DNA of 49,424 nt, filler included, from Bipalium vagum (lineage: Eukaryota): NCBI GenBank assembly GCA_037834085.1. It is 2 parts of 2 records of this genome, joined end to end, with 100 filler letters (N's around TTAATTAATTAA, not from the genome) between each part and the next. Parts side by side here need not be neighbours in the genome. Positions count along the whole stretch, not along the records: positions 30,199 to 49,424 come from JBBMKC010007075.1; 1 more part is not named here. One strand, written 5' to 3'. The notes beneath the pieces are model-generated. The model was not told where the DNA came from and searched no databases. It saw only the letters and a list, made by a program, of their open reading frames with translations. Shown piece by piece: positions 35,477 through 48,782 of this stretch. The position numbers were made by a program, and so were the translations under genes. Within the stretch, counting starts at the first letter, position 1. Each line of letters begins with the position of its first letter.

Positions 35477-38400
35477 ATGTCTAAAGATCCTTCAAAGTTA
35501 GATCCATTTCGAGTAAAGAATGAGCTGAAATTAAAAAAGATGAAAAAATCTCAAGGTTCTTCTCACTACAAACCAAAGGCTCCGACTGAACTAACTCCAT
35601 TGTCGTCATTTAAAGGTAGAGTAATACTCTCAGGTATGCAGAAGTTCTATCTAATAAAAAACATTCCAGACAGTCCATCATCGGAACACAATGATCTTTT
35701 TATCAGTAAAATGCAACAATGCTGTGTGGTTTTTGATTTCATGGATCCCATGAGTGATTTGAAGAGCAAGGAGATCAAACGGGCCTGCTTAAATGAGCTC
35801 GTGGAATTCATCTCCATAACACGAGGTGTTTTGAATGAAGGCACTTATCAGGAAATCGTTCGAATGGTTAGTTCAAGAAAACCGAAAAATCGTTTTTATT
35901 GACACTTCACAGATTGCCTGTAATATTTTTCGAAATTTACCTCCAACAGACAACGTAGATTTCGACCCCGAAGAAGACGAACCAGTTTTAGAGGCCTCGT
36001 GGCCCCACTTACAAGTAATTTTCTCTCGCATTGATTTTTCTTTCTATCGTGATATTATATTCCTTGTAGATCGTTTACGAATTCTTTCTCCGCGTGTTAG
36101 AATCTCAGGATTTCCAACCGAGCACTGCAAAGAAATTCATCGATCAAAAATTCGTATTGCAGGTGAGATATTTCCCCTCGATTTTCATTGGTTAATTCGT
36201 GTCAATATTTATATCAATTGATTGTGCCATTTTTGTTTGTTAATTATTTATTGATTTTTTTAAAAAAAATTCTGATATCAGAAAATGGCAAAGGATTAAT
36301 ATGGTATTTTTTTGGAAAATTGATTGTTTCCTTTTTAAAACGTGTTTGTATTAATGAGGAAGAGGGTGGGGCGTGGTGCGAAACTTTTCTCATTGTTTCT
36401 TTCGACATTGAACAACGCCGTGCATTTATCGACAGCAAATGATGATAAAAATTTCCAGGCGCTCTATAAATATATATGAATTTACATGGAGACTGCATTT
36501 TCTCATTTACACTTGTCGTTGGTCGCCCTGTGTTGTGTATGCCATATGTGTGTCTGTCTCCATGTGTATGAGAGCGGGTGTATGCAAATCATGTCTCTTT
36601 CTCCAGTCGTCGTTGCCTTTTTTACCTTATTTTCTCCCAGTTTTGCCTATATATATTTGATTCCAAGAATCCGGTTTTCGATCAAGTTGCGTTTTTGAGA
36701 CTCATACTCGTCACCCTGCCTTTTCCTTATTGCTCAAAAGAAAGAGCGCACGAGAGGGAGAGAGAGCAATAGTTTCTCTCGTTTGGACATTTTTACTATT
36801 CCCTCAACCCCTCTCACCAAAAAATTGATCAATGCCAATTAATGTCTGTTTGGAGGACATAAAAAGTAAAAACAAAATACTTTGTTTGGTCATTGGAATG
36901 TGAAAAATGTGATAATTTATTTTTCGGTTACTTTTTGGATGGTTCAATGCCAAAAGCGGCCGCGCGTTGAGAATGTAAATTTGAGAATTTGGCATTCTCT
37001 TTTCCATTGAAACGGGTCAAATAAATTGCCTGTGTGTGCTTGTTAATCAATTGACATGCCATGCGTGCTTGGGGGCCCTTTCTGGGAAGGGTGATCGAGA
37101 ATGGGTAAGGGGTTGTAGTGATTCCCTCTTGGTTTGTGTCACACTACGAAGAAAAAGAAAGAAGGCGACTGTATCTGTCAAGACACCGCCACTTACATCG
37201 CTCAAAAATCTGTCAATTGATTTCCGAATGAAAGAATCAATTGTCAAAAATATCTGCTGTCGTCTCTTTCTCTCTCATTTATGTGCAATTATTAATTTTA
37301 TTGATCGAAAATTAGATGTGTAGTGTCAAATTCTTTCTCCAGTTTGATAATATTGACAAAAATAATTTTGTTTAACTTGTCCCGATAATTGATTTTTCGT
37401 TGATCTGATTTCGGTTCAAATTTTCGTTTCTTGATTATTTTACCGAAAAAATTCCACTTGTCGACTTTCTCACATTTCGATTGATTGATTCATTGACGGA
37501 GATAATTATTGATTTCAGCTGCTTGAGCTATTCGATAGCGAAGATATCAGAGAGCGCGATTTTCTGAAAACTGTGCTACACAGAATTTACGGAAAATTTC
37601 TTGGACTGCGAGCATTTATTCGTCGCCAAATCAATAACATTTTTCTAAGGTAATTCCACTTACCTTTCTAAGTATTTGATAAAATTTAATTATTATTTTA
37701 TAATAGATGTTGTTTTTTCGTAACCCTTCAGTTAAGCGGCGTAAAGTTGACACCAGTTTCTTGGACGTAAAATAAATAAGATAATAAGTGATTTGAATAA
37801 AAGCTGTATGTAAAAAAGTAAAAATATACAGTTCAAAGCTTCAACTGGTGAATAAAAATAAAAACCGAAAATGTCGAACTGTGGCGTTCCCGCCGCTTAT
37901 CCGAAGTAAAATATTTCTTATTATTTTACGCCCTTTACTGAAGGATTACCGTTTTCTTAAGTATTAATAATCGTATTAATTATGTAATTCATATGTGTGA
38001 GTATAGTTGTTTTTCTCTGATAAGATCTTGATTTTTGAAATTATCGATTTTTCCTTTTGTTGTTCTAAGTGAAAAGAATGGTTTTTATTCTATTTTTATA
38101 AAAATTATTAATCAATGGTTCCAAGCAGATTTTCAGATAAATATGAAAAATCAATTTTGTTCTATTTATTAACCGCGACAACTAAAACATTTATACCACA
38201 AAACTTGTTGATTTTCCTGAATTCTAACGAAAAATGGATTTATTGTGGTCTATCCGTTTCATTTTGTATGGAAAGGAAAAAATTGATATCCAAAAAAACA
38301 CGTGTCACATGTTTATCAATTTAAATGAATTTCTTTTTTCTTTCTAGATTTATTTACGAGGCGGAACGATTTAATGGAGTGGGAGAAATGCTGGAAATAC

Positions 38401-41400
38401 TTGGCAGTATTATCAACGGGTTCGCGTTGCCCCTGAAAGCAGAACATAAACAGTTTTTAATCAAAGTCCTCATACCGCTGCATAAAACAAAAACGTTAAA
38501 CTTGTTTCATGCTCAAGTATGATAAAATGCCATCTTCTTTTGTTTTATTTTTTTTCATCACGTAACAGTTGGCGTATTGTGTGGTTCAGTTTCTGGAAAA
38601 GGATCCCACTCTCACCGATTATGTGGTGCGTGGACTACTGAAATTTTGGCCGAAAACGTCGTCACCAAAAGAAGTAATGTTTCTCAACGAAATGGAGGAA
38701 ATATTGGACGTGCTGGAACCTGCACAATTTCAGAAAATTATGGTTGTACTTTTCAAACAAATTGCTCGATGTGTCTCCAGTTCACATTTTCAGGTATTCG
38801 TCACCATAGGTTTTTACTGTTTTATCTTGCTTAAATCGATTTTTATAATTTTATAGCACCTAAATTATTTTGAAAGATTATTTTTTATAATATTTTTCAA
38901 CTTTTCCATCGCTAATCAATAACCTCACTTCTCTTTTTGAGAATTTATAATAACGATTTGTGTCGTTTTACTGATTTTAACACTTAACGAGAGAATTAAT
39001 TTTTCTCACTGGTTTTTTGTGCACCCTATGTCTCTAGACCATTCCTTGCGCTGCGAATTATTTTTACTTGTTTTAATATAATATCACCTCAGCACTTTTC
39101 GTTTTGGAATTGATCTCAATTGGTAGTAACATTGTGGTAATTACATTGGTAGGAGGTGGAGGCTCTCAGTCATGCACGACTGAATCGTTAAGACAGATTT
39201 TATTATTTGGACACCCATTTTTCATTTGGAGTCGTACACAATAATTAAATCGATTATGTGAACCCCAATCTCACGTAAAATGTGCTTTTGTCCGAAAAAT
39301 ATTTTACGGATTTTTTAACTGTTCAAAAAGTTTTCTGTTATAAAAGCTGAGGTCTTACTATGAGGTTTCCAATGAATCTGAAGCAGATTCATTTAAGATA
39401 TCGATTATCTTTAACAGAAAAGGATGGAAGCAGCAATTCTAAATTATTAAAATCTGAAGTTTATTGTTTTTGTTCAAAAATCAATTACCAGGATCAGAAG
39501 AAAATATCTGAAACAAAAAGAATGAGGGAATTCCTAATCGTTTTTTCTCTATCCTCTCAAAATGGAAATTTTTCATTTTTTAATTGATTTTGTTAGAAAA
39601 TAAGGATCAGAGAAGAGAATCATCGTTTTTATTACTACCGATTTAATCTAGACAATGGTTTTTGTTGACGATTGTCATCTTATTTCGGACTTTGACTTAC
39701 ATCCTCGCTATATTTTCATACAGTGTTCGATTTAACATCGATTTTACAAATTTTAAATTTGTTCAATGTACAAAGCCAAGGCTTACATTGCGTGTGTCGA
39801 ATTGAAAATTGCATTATAATATAAATTAAATTGTATTATATTGCGTTTTTCTATCGTTGATTATCTATCTTAAAATATCTTTTTTGTTTATCGATTTTCT
39901 AATTTAATAATCATTAAATATGATCGAAGAATATTAGTTCAATGTCGTTTTGGATGATCATTTTGATTAAAAAATATCAATACTTAATTTTGACATTGAA
40001 TGTGTTCGCTCAGAAAGCCTAATCATGATTGTATCACACTCCTATACTTCTCCATCTCTCTTTATCAATGTAAACGTTATTTAAAAATAGAAAAGATTCC
40101 TATCGAATTTTATTTAAGGTAATGAAATATTAAAATTTTCAATTAAAAAATCGATAAATTATCGTTCATTCTTTTAATTGATATGAATTGTATCCAGTGT
40201 TTGAGCCATAAAATCTTTTGTAAGAGTAATTCAAGTCAATATTCATTGTGAAAAATCGATTCTTTTCACCTCTTTTGTCCTCTAAATTATTTAAGTAAAG
40301 AAAACTATTTCAGAAAAATATTATTGTTCATCGAACCTTTTAATCATCTGTAGCTATTATGTATATATATTTGGCATTAATTTCAACGCTTGTCTGTAAA
40401 TGCCACCGTTATTGATTTACCGAACTCTAAAAGTCGCTTAAGACATCCATATTATTCTTACATCACACAACTATAACACCGGTCACATTGATCGCTAAAA
40501 GCGTCACACAGTCAACTATTGGTTCTGAGCAACTGTCTGAATTCGTCGCTTAATCAATATTCAATCTTACTTTCCAGGTTGCTGAACGAGCTCTTTACTA
40601 TTGGAATAATGAATATATCGTGTCGCTGATTGAGGAAAACAACGAAACGCTGATGCCAATCTTATTTCCTGCATTTTATCGAATATCGAGGGAGCACTGG
40701 AACCAGTCCATTGTCAATCTGGTTTACAACGTTATGAAGACGTTGATGGATATGAATAACAAATTGTTTGACGAGCTCAACAATACTTACAAAGTAGACC
40801 GTCAGAGGTATACTTTTTTTACTTTGAAAAACTTTTTAAATTTTATAATGATTTAAATTTTTTTACCTTTTTGACAAAATAAAATTATTTTTTAATATTA
40901 GCTTTATTTCCTCTCTTTTTTAAAGAAAAAAAATTAAAATATCGGGTTTTTTTGATTAAAAATTATTTTCTGGCGAAAACCAAATCTTTTTTATTGAAAT
41001 CTAACTTCGTATTTTAATAAATCTAAAATTGATTTTTATGTAATGATTAAAGTTAATTAATTATTATATCACACTAGTACTAATTATTGATTCTTTATCT
41101 ATTAAAATATGACGCGAAATAATCTGTAACGATCAATAAAATTTCCTGGTTTATTTTCCGAAGTTATTAATAACTGGTTTTGAATATCATTCGATTCAAT
41201 CATTTGTGTTTTTCGAAAAAACATTATTGATTAAGTTTGATTAAAAAATTAGTTCTTTTTATTAAAAAACTATTTTGCCAAACAAAATTCGCAACTGCTC
41301 GTTAGATATTTCTGATTGTGGTGGTTGAAAGAGGTTTCTTTAAAACATAAAAATCAATATTATTATTATTATTCTTGTTTACTTTTGATCAATTATCAAC

Positions 41401-42121
41401 AAAATCATTATTGCACTCTATTATCACATCATTAAATTGTTTTTTGAAAATTTTCTACCAAAAGCAATAGTAATGATAATAATAATTACACAGAAAAGTG
41501 TCAGTCAATCACTATCCAAATGTGAAGAGAATATTTAATTATTTTGAGTCAGTGTGCGAGATTAATTATTGATTGAACACACAATGAGAATGATAATCTT
41601 TTTCAAATTCAAACAATAAAATTAATTGATTTTTTTATTAATGTTAATATTATTGATTATTAGTGCTACTGAAAAATTGTTATTTCTTTTTTTTGACTCA
41701 TCATTCTGTTGATAAAATTTTCTATTTTTATAAAAAAATATGTAAAAATAAATCAATAATTCTCCTTTTTTTCTGTTAATCGATAATATTCGTTTTGGAC
41801 ATGTCGCATTCTCAACCTGGGGCTTTTTAATCTCTCTATTTATTTTATCCAATTGTTTATCGATAATATAAACAACATTTGTGACATCATACACAAAAAA
41901 TTGATGAGTATTGTGCACAATCGATTTTCTGTTTCTGTTTATTTATTTTCTGTTGTTTTAGTCTGTTTTCTGATTGTTTGTTGTCTCCTTTTTGCAGAGA
42001 AAAGAAACGGGAGAAGGACCGCGAGGAATTGTGGAAACAATTGGAAGACATTAAACTAAAGAATCAGTTGGAAAACGGAGATGCCGACAGCAAGGAGAAG
42101 GTTGCTGCCGCTAATCAATGA
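35477..42121 (+). CDS. PPP2R5: Protein phosphatase 2A regulatory subunit B' (B56), alpha/epsilon (widerborst)-like, 469 aa, 9 exons
   Basis: Exons 35477-35615, 35670-35866, 35913-36014, 36070-36162, 37519-37649, 38348-38516, 38569-38793, 40578-40807, 41998-42121. All GT-AG, phase-consistent, 1410 nt in total. Motifs [67 protein letters not shown]. Confidence 0.97.
37724..37945. mobile_element. piggyBac-like MITE in PP2A intron 5
   Basis: TIRs CCCTTCAGTTAAGCGGCGTAAA / TTTACGCCCTTTACTGAAGGA with flanks GTAA and TTAC (TTAA-like). An extra internal inverted copy lies at ~37890-37906. Confidence 0.65.
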
Positions 42122-43229
42122 CGATGATTTGATAGTTATAATCACATTATTTTTATAAATTAGCTGAGTGATGTGTGACACTGATAATCAATAATAATAA
42201 TAAATCAATAATAACAAATAATAATAATAATGGTAATTACCTTTATAAGAAATACTAATTGATAATGACTCCTTGTTTAAAAGTGTTTATTGTGTCAACT
42301 TGAAGATGATGTGGACAGTGTTTTTAATTAATATTCATCAGAGGAACAATTTTGTATAGATTTGTATTGATTTATCAAATACATACAGACCTGCTTTTGT
42401 CTTATTTGTGGCATCTTTTTGTCTATTCCCGAAGCATTTGTTTTGGACTTTCAGTTAATATTTTGGAATATTAAATTTCTATAATCAATATTCTTCCCAC
42501 TGTCTTGTTTAATTATTTAAATTGGAAAATAGTAATTTCAAAAGCAGCTAATAATTTGATATAATTAATTCTAATCCGTCAAGACCTAAAAATGGACCAC
42601 ATAGGGTTCAGTTGTGTTTGTTAAAAATTATTGGTTAAGTCAAGGTAAAAGTGATTTTTTATCAAATTAGAACAAGATTTTTAAAAAAAATGATTTTGAT
42701 TGTAATTTGGCTAAGTACGTGCCTGTTGCTCAAAATTCGACGTTATTTAAGTACTGAAGAGTTGAACTATCGCCCTTTAATTTTATTATTAAAAATGTAA
42801 TCTTCTGACACCTAAATCGAAATAATTAAGAAAAACTAGTTTTATTTTTAAGACTTAATGCTTTAGATTACTTTACGGAAAAGAGGATATTCTGTTGAAA
42901 TGGGCAGAAGTTCTACGGATAAAATAAATAGTTTACTTGACAATACCAAATTGGCAAGACAAAGTGGAAACTGCCAATTAACAGATTCAAATTGGTAACT
43001 GAGCAAATTTCCTTTATACGAGTTCTATTATTTTCTTAATCTTCATGATTATCTCAACCATCATATATTGTGTCATCACAGAATGCAAAAGGATATTGTT
43101 TTTATACGTTATGGAAATACTGAAGTAAATTTATTCAAATCCTTTTTTATTGTTGTCTCATAAAACTTGATCACTAAAATATGAAATCAAAACAAATATT
43201 TATCATGACATTTACAACATGAATCTTCA

Positions 43230-44010
43230 AAATATAATCCACTGTGCTTAATTCTTTTATACCACTCTTTGAGCTTTGATAAAAAAAATCTGTGATACCG
43301 ATTTTCACTTCCACATACTGAAAAATTTTCTCCTGCAGATAATGAGCCATGCAATGGAAGAGGTAATAATCCGACGTTGCAAGGTCCGGACTATATATTG
43401 GATGTGGTATTACCTCAATCATTTCTAGTTCCCTTGTTTTATTTTTGGTTTGATAATCATATGGACCAGCAATGTCCTGCTGTAACAATCTACGTTCCTC
43501 ATTTATGATAGTTGGGTATTTGGCCGCAAGGATTGCATAAATACGTTGCAACCGTTCAACATAAGACTAGTCTGTTATTGTGTAATAGGCCTTCGTAATT
43601 CCAAAAAACGCATAAAAACCTTGCGTTCAAATCGTTGGCGCTTGGCAACCTGTATGGGAGTCTAATTAGGTCTTAATCACTGATTTCGCAAGTCTTGATT
43701 CTGGAACTACACGCATTTTTCATCGCAAGTAACGATGGCTTTTAGAAATCGCTCATGATTTGGGTAGAGGAGTGGTTCACATATTTGCAAACGTTCGTCT
43801 GCTTGTTTGTGAGTCAGGTTAATCGGTGCGTCTCAGGTTAATCTTTGCGTCTCCTATTTCTCTTACCATGAGACAGATGTTTGTACTAAAGATTTCGGAA
43901 TTTAAACTTCTTCTGAAACTGATACAGAAATTCTTGTCCAAAGAAAGCATAATTAATTGGGAATCAACTGTTGATGGTCTTCTAGAATGTGAAATTATAT
44001 TTTGATAGTT
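43230..44010 (-). mobile_element. Decayed mariner transposase
   Basis: RRPSTVD, IVTCDEKCV, EVIPHPIYSPDLATSDYYLF on the minus strand. Confidence 0.88.
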
Positions 44011-44379
44011 GCGAATAGTTTTTGAAACAGACTGTACATATGTTTTGATCCACCATGTAAAAATACACACAATATAAGATTGTGAATTATATTAGAAGTT
44101 TTATGATTTTAACTATTTTAATTTAGATATATTCTGACGTTAGGTTTATATTATATAATATTTCAGTAAAAATTATTACAATCAACTAGTGTATAATTGC
44201 TCAATTAAATTTTTTTTAATTTTCAGAGTATTTAAATATGTAATATATTTTTAGATTTTCATTTATTTATTAAGTAAAAACTATATTTACAACATTTAAC
44301 TGATTGTTACCTATATATTTTTATAATTTTAGAAATTTTTTATACAATATGAAATATATTAGGGAATAAGTTATTCAAA

Positions 44380-45033
44380 AAAAAGAATAATGGTTGGTCT
44401 ATTAAGAAAGGATTGCAGCAATATATGAGACACAAAGTATATTTCAGCAAGACAGAGCTCCATACTTTAAATCAAGATTGGTGTCTTCATTTTTGGACAA
44501 GACAAAAATCTGCGTACTCAGTGATTAGCCGGCTCAGTCTCCAGATCTGAGTATAATTGAGTAGTTGTGGCTGACCTAAAAGCTATGGTTGCGACGTGTA
44601 GGCCAACAAATATTGAGGCACCGTGGAAGAATTCGAAGGAGCAGTAAACGATGATTCCAATAACTAAAATAAAAAATATTTATGAAAGCATGCCAAGAAG
44701 GATCCCAGAGGTAATAAAAAATAAAGGAAGGAATACAAGGTACTAATTTTTCATGAGGTTGGCTGTCTATTAAAATAGGTTTATGGACATTTGAAATGTA
44801 CATAAAAGATGTTTTAGTCTTCTATTCAAAATGACTTAAAATTGGTGTTTATGAAAAATTCAGTTTTCTGGTTTTACAAAATTTTTATTTTGAAAGTATT
44901 TTATTGGAAACATGTACTTCAACATATTCTCTGATATAGTTAAATAAAGATTGGATCAAAGTATTTATAGCTAGATATTTCAATCATTTAATGAAAATTA
45001 TAGGGTTGGGTCCAAACATATGGACGACATTGC
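44380..45033 (+). mobile_element. 3' part of a decayed Tc1 element
   Basis: YIFQQDRAPY and PAQSPDLSIIE*LW; Tc1-like terminus GTCCAAACATATGGACGACATTG. Confidence 0.75.
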
Positions 45034-46889
45034 ATACATTGATTTTGTATATATTGCTTTCAGTCAGTATTTACAATTTTGTTTATTTTCTGTTCAATAT
45101 TTATGGTATCAAATTTAGACTTGACTACAACTCTTAGGTGGTGCAAATAAAAACAATCAGTAAAGCAACAATTGTATTTATACCATACAAACACAAAATA
45201 CACGGAAATACAAAAGATAAACAAGAGTCTGAGATCACAATCAATGTCCGCAATGTTACATCAACCTCACACTATCTTATCACAACACAACAATAAAGAA
45301 TGAATTAAATGTTTAATCAATTACTATCAATAATAATCAAATATAGTCAAAATGGATCAAATGTAGTGTTAAATCAAATACTAATAGTTAAATATAGTCA
45401 ACGGTTAATAAAATATTAAAATTCGATCAAAACAAAATAATAATTTTATAATTACTTTTATAAAAGAAGGTAAAATTGAAAGATCTTACGGTTTGTGTTT
45501 GGTTAAAACTCCCGTTATCGTCTGAGCCCTAACGGTTGCTCACCGATAACCCGTTGGTGGGGAATTTTAAGCATAGTCCCAGCATTTAAATAAACGTTGA
45601 AATACTTGTGAATTGAACTGTAATATTCGTCCTGTTGTAGAAGTCTGCTTCTGTTTTTGTCCGTTCTCGAACTCTGCTTCTTTTACAGAACTCTGCAATT
45701 GACAATAATTGTAAGCACGTTTTCTGAGGCGTGAAAATATGCTGGAATCCCTTTGCTTATATACTGTTTATTGCTTATCTTCATCTGGAAAATATTCTCA
45801 AAATCGTACTTGAAATTCTAAAAATTTTATTAAAATTCTAAAATTTCCTAACAATTTTCTCTTTCAGACTTCTTTAAAAATAAAAATTATTTTTGGAGGG
45901 TTGTTTTTTTTTCTAAGTATTTCTGAAATCAAAATTAGTGGGAATTTTAAAATGGTTTTCAAGTATTAATTAATTTTAATTATTAATATTATTAACATTA
46001 TTATTATTAATAATATTTCTACTCTTTTTATGATTTTACTTAGTTATATTTCCCCGGGGAAATGTCTTGGGTAAACCAATTATTTCTATAAAATGGGGTT
46101 TGAATAATTTTTTTCAGTTATTATCCATTTTTATTTTAGAAATGGAAAATTTTTAAAAGGAATTACAGTAAATTATGAATTTCAGAAAAGTAAATTATGG
46201 GAATGAAAGAAATTTAGAAAAATTGTGTAGATTTTGAAAATATTTTAATTAAAAATATTACTGAAGATGTAGATATGTTTACACCAAATAATAAAACTTT
46301 AGGCAAAGAATAATTATCAGATATTCTTTTTATTTTATTTTCATATTTTATTATCTATAAATAATTATATTTAAAATTCTTAAATAAATTTATTCATTGA
46401 TAAAATGGAAAATTGTGGTCAATAATAAAATAAATTATGTCTATAATTGGATATAAGCAGTGAACGGAGTTCACTACAATGGCCAATATCAGATCAGTTT
46501 TATTATTTTATTTTAATATTTTAGAAATAATGAAGAAATTAAAATATTCAGTTTTCAAAAATTACTTATATTAATAATAAAGAAATTAATAATAAATTAT
46601 TAAATTAAAAATAAAATTAAAAAATAATAAATTAAAATTTAATAAATATTTTTTTTTCATTTTTATAGTGATAATGAAATAAATGAACATTTATAAACAA
46701 TGAGATTTTGGCTCAAATTCGAACTTTATCCTCAATATTTTTTTAATTTTAAAATATTATTTATATTAAATAATTGAAATCACAGGAGAAAATTAAAAAT
46801 TATTATTGACCTAGGGAAATCGAAATGCATAATTTTTAATGGTAAACAATATTATTTAAATAAAAGATAATTAATTATATAAATGATTA

Positions 46890-47310
46890 AATTAGAGAAC
46901 AAAAATCAAGATGTGTTCTACCACTTATACCAATTTTAGATGCAGTCTTAGCAGGATTATATGCTGCAGGTGAATTAACTAGAGTTTTTGCCACAGTTGT
47001 TCAAAGAGGTAAAAGAATCATCAAAATCAGATTTAGAAAAACAGAGTTTGGAAAGTGAGATTGAAAAACTAAAATCTAAATTAGTAACAACTGGCAGAGA
47101 TTTATACCTTGACCCACCTAAAAGAAAAGGTTTGTATTTTGACTTGAGGTAGGAATTTAAGGTGCAATAAATTTGTCAAAAAGATGCAAATTAAAATTTT
47201 AAGTTCGATTATTACATAGTCCAATATCAAACTAATAAGAAATACATCAAGTCACCGTTACAAACAAGTTTTTAAAAAGTCAAATGCAATATTTAATTAA
47301 TATCAATCGT
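46890..47310 (+). mobile_element. Probable Polinton/Maverick remnant: pX-like small virion protein pseudogene
   Basis: VLPLIPILDAVLAGLYAAGELTRVFATVV, then after a frameshift a coiled-coil and TGRDLYLDPPKRKGLYFD. Resembles the GGFLPLIP..GL.A.G / G.GLYL.P pattern I recall for Polinton proteins. Confidence 0.55.
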
Positions 47311-47318
47311 CCGAAAAG

Positions 47319-48299
47319 CACTGGTGGACTAAAAAAGTAGTACACTTTTATTATGAAATTTGAAGAATTTCAAAAAATATCAGTATTGGGCTGAACAGTG
47401 GCAGAATAATTTATGGACTGACGAATCAAGATTCTCGCTAGATTCCCATAATGGATGGATTCGAGTTAGAAGAATGAAAAATGAGCGTTATGCCGATTGC
47501 TGCATCCTAGAGCACGATCGTTATGGAGTAGGCGGTGTAATGGTATGCGTCAATATGTGGTGGAAAAATCTTACAGATATTGTTGTTGTTTCAGGTACAA
47601 TGACAGGCAAACGATATTTAAATGAAATTAATCGGCCACAGGTCTTACCAATTGTGAAAAAGAATAATTTGATATTCCAACAAGATTATTCCAGGCCTCA
47701 CAAATCAAAAATTATGTCAGAACTGGATTCAATTCAGGTTCTACCGTGGCCAGCAAGATCACTAGATTTGTCACCAATAGAACATATGTGGGATGAAGTA
47801 GGATGCCATTTAAGAGATGATTGTGAGTTACCAGCTTTCGGAGAGAATATAATGTGTATGGAATTCTATTACACAACAGTATGCCAAGCATGCCTGAAAG
47901 GCTCAGTGAATGTATTAAGAAAGGTGGTGGTCAGACATCATACTAATTTAGGGCCACAAACATTGATTGTTAAATTGTTCGATTCAATTCGTAAATATTG
48001 GTTGAAAATATATTTGTTAATATCAAAGAGGTTTGGAATCAGAATTAGAAGACATTTTAAAATAGATTTTATTAAGTGATAAAACAAATAATATTTAAAC
48101 AAATTTTCACAGACCTAAAAATTTATTTTTTATTAATTTTTTAAAAAAATGTTTATTTTTAAAATTTCATTCATACTTTTTAAATATTTAAAATAAATAA
48201 TTAAAAAATTCCTCATCTCTGATTAGCCTCCTCATAATATTAATTGAAAGTTAAAAATAATTCATGAAAAAGTGTACTTCTTTTATTTGGCCACCAGTG
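47319..48299 (+). mobile_element. Tc1/Tc3-like element with both TIRs, HTH region deleted
   Basis: TIRs CACTGGTGGACTAAAAAAGTAGTACACTTTT and AAAAGTGTACTTCTTTTATTTGGCCACCAGTG-TA. ORF 47360-48079 contains WTDESRF, QQDYSRPH and WPARSLDLSPIEHMWD. Confidence 0.92.
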
Positions 48300-48782
48300 T
48301 AAATAAAATTCATAATTACAAAGATTTTCTAATTGAGACTACATCTCCAGTCACTGTAAATACTTTTACGTTGAGAAAGATCTTTTAACGTCAACTGTTA
48401 CAAGTTAGTAAAGCACACATATTTGTAGCCACATAAACAGCATCGGTGTTTTTGGCTAAGCTCTGCTACAACTTCTTTTTTTAATATCTCTTAGTGCTTC
48501 CTTCACAATCATCAAAATGATCCAATCCGCATATTGCTTCTCCAAATAAGTAAGAGCTGGTGTTAGAAAATAGTACTCATGTGCAGCTAGAAGTTCATCT
48601 TGTAATTATTTTTCAGATGTTAAGTTTTTGGCCTTTTCATAGCTGAAAAATTATTTTGCAAAGAAATATAAAAACGTATAGCATCTGTTTAAATATCTGT
48701 CCGTTAAAGGGTGCAACTAATATATTTAAACCATGCCTATTCCGTCTATATTTATTTTTTTATATTTTTATATTTATTAATA

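Noticed and set aside
36439-36560. C/D box snoRNA starting at ATGATGA
   Set aside because: No CTGA D box or terminal stem at a suitable distance.
46256-46293. CTGAAGA plus TGTAGA/TTTACA hairpin as a hammerhead
   Set aside because: GAAA is replaced by CAAA and there is no stem III or cleavage triplet.
47360-48079. Novel DD31E transposase family
   Set aside because: The element lacks its HTH and is frameshifted at the 3' end; the short spacing is most simply a decay deletion from DD34E.
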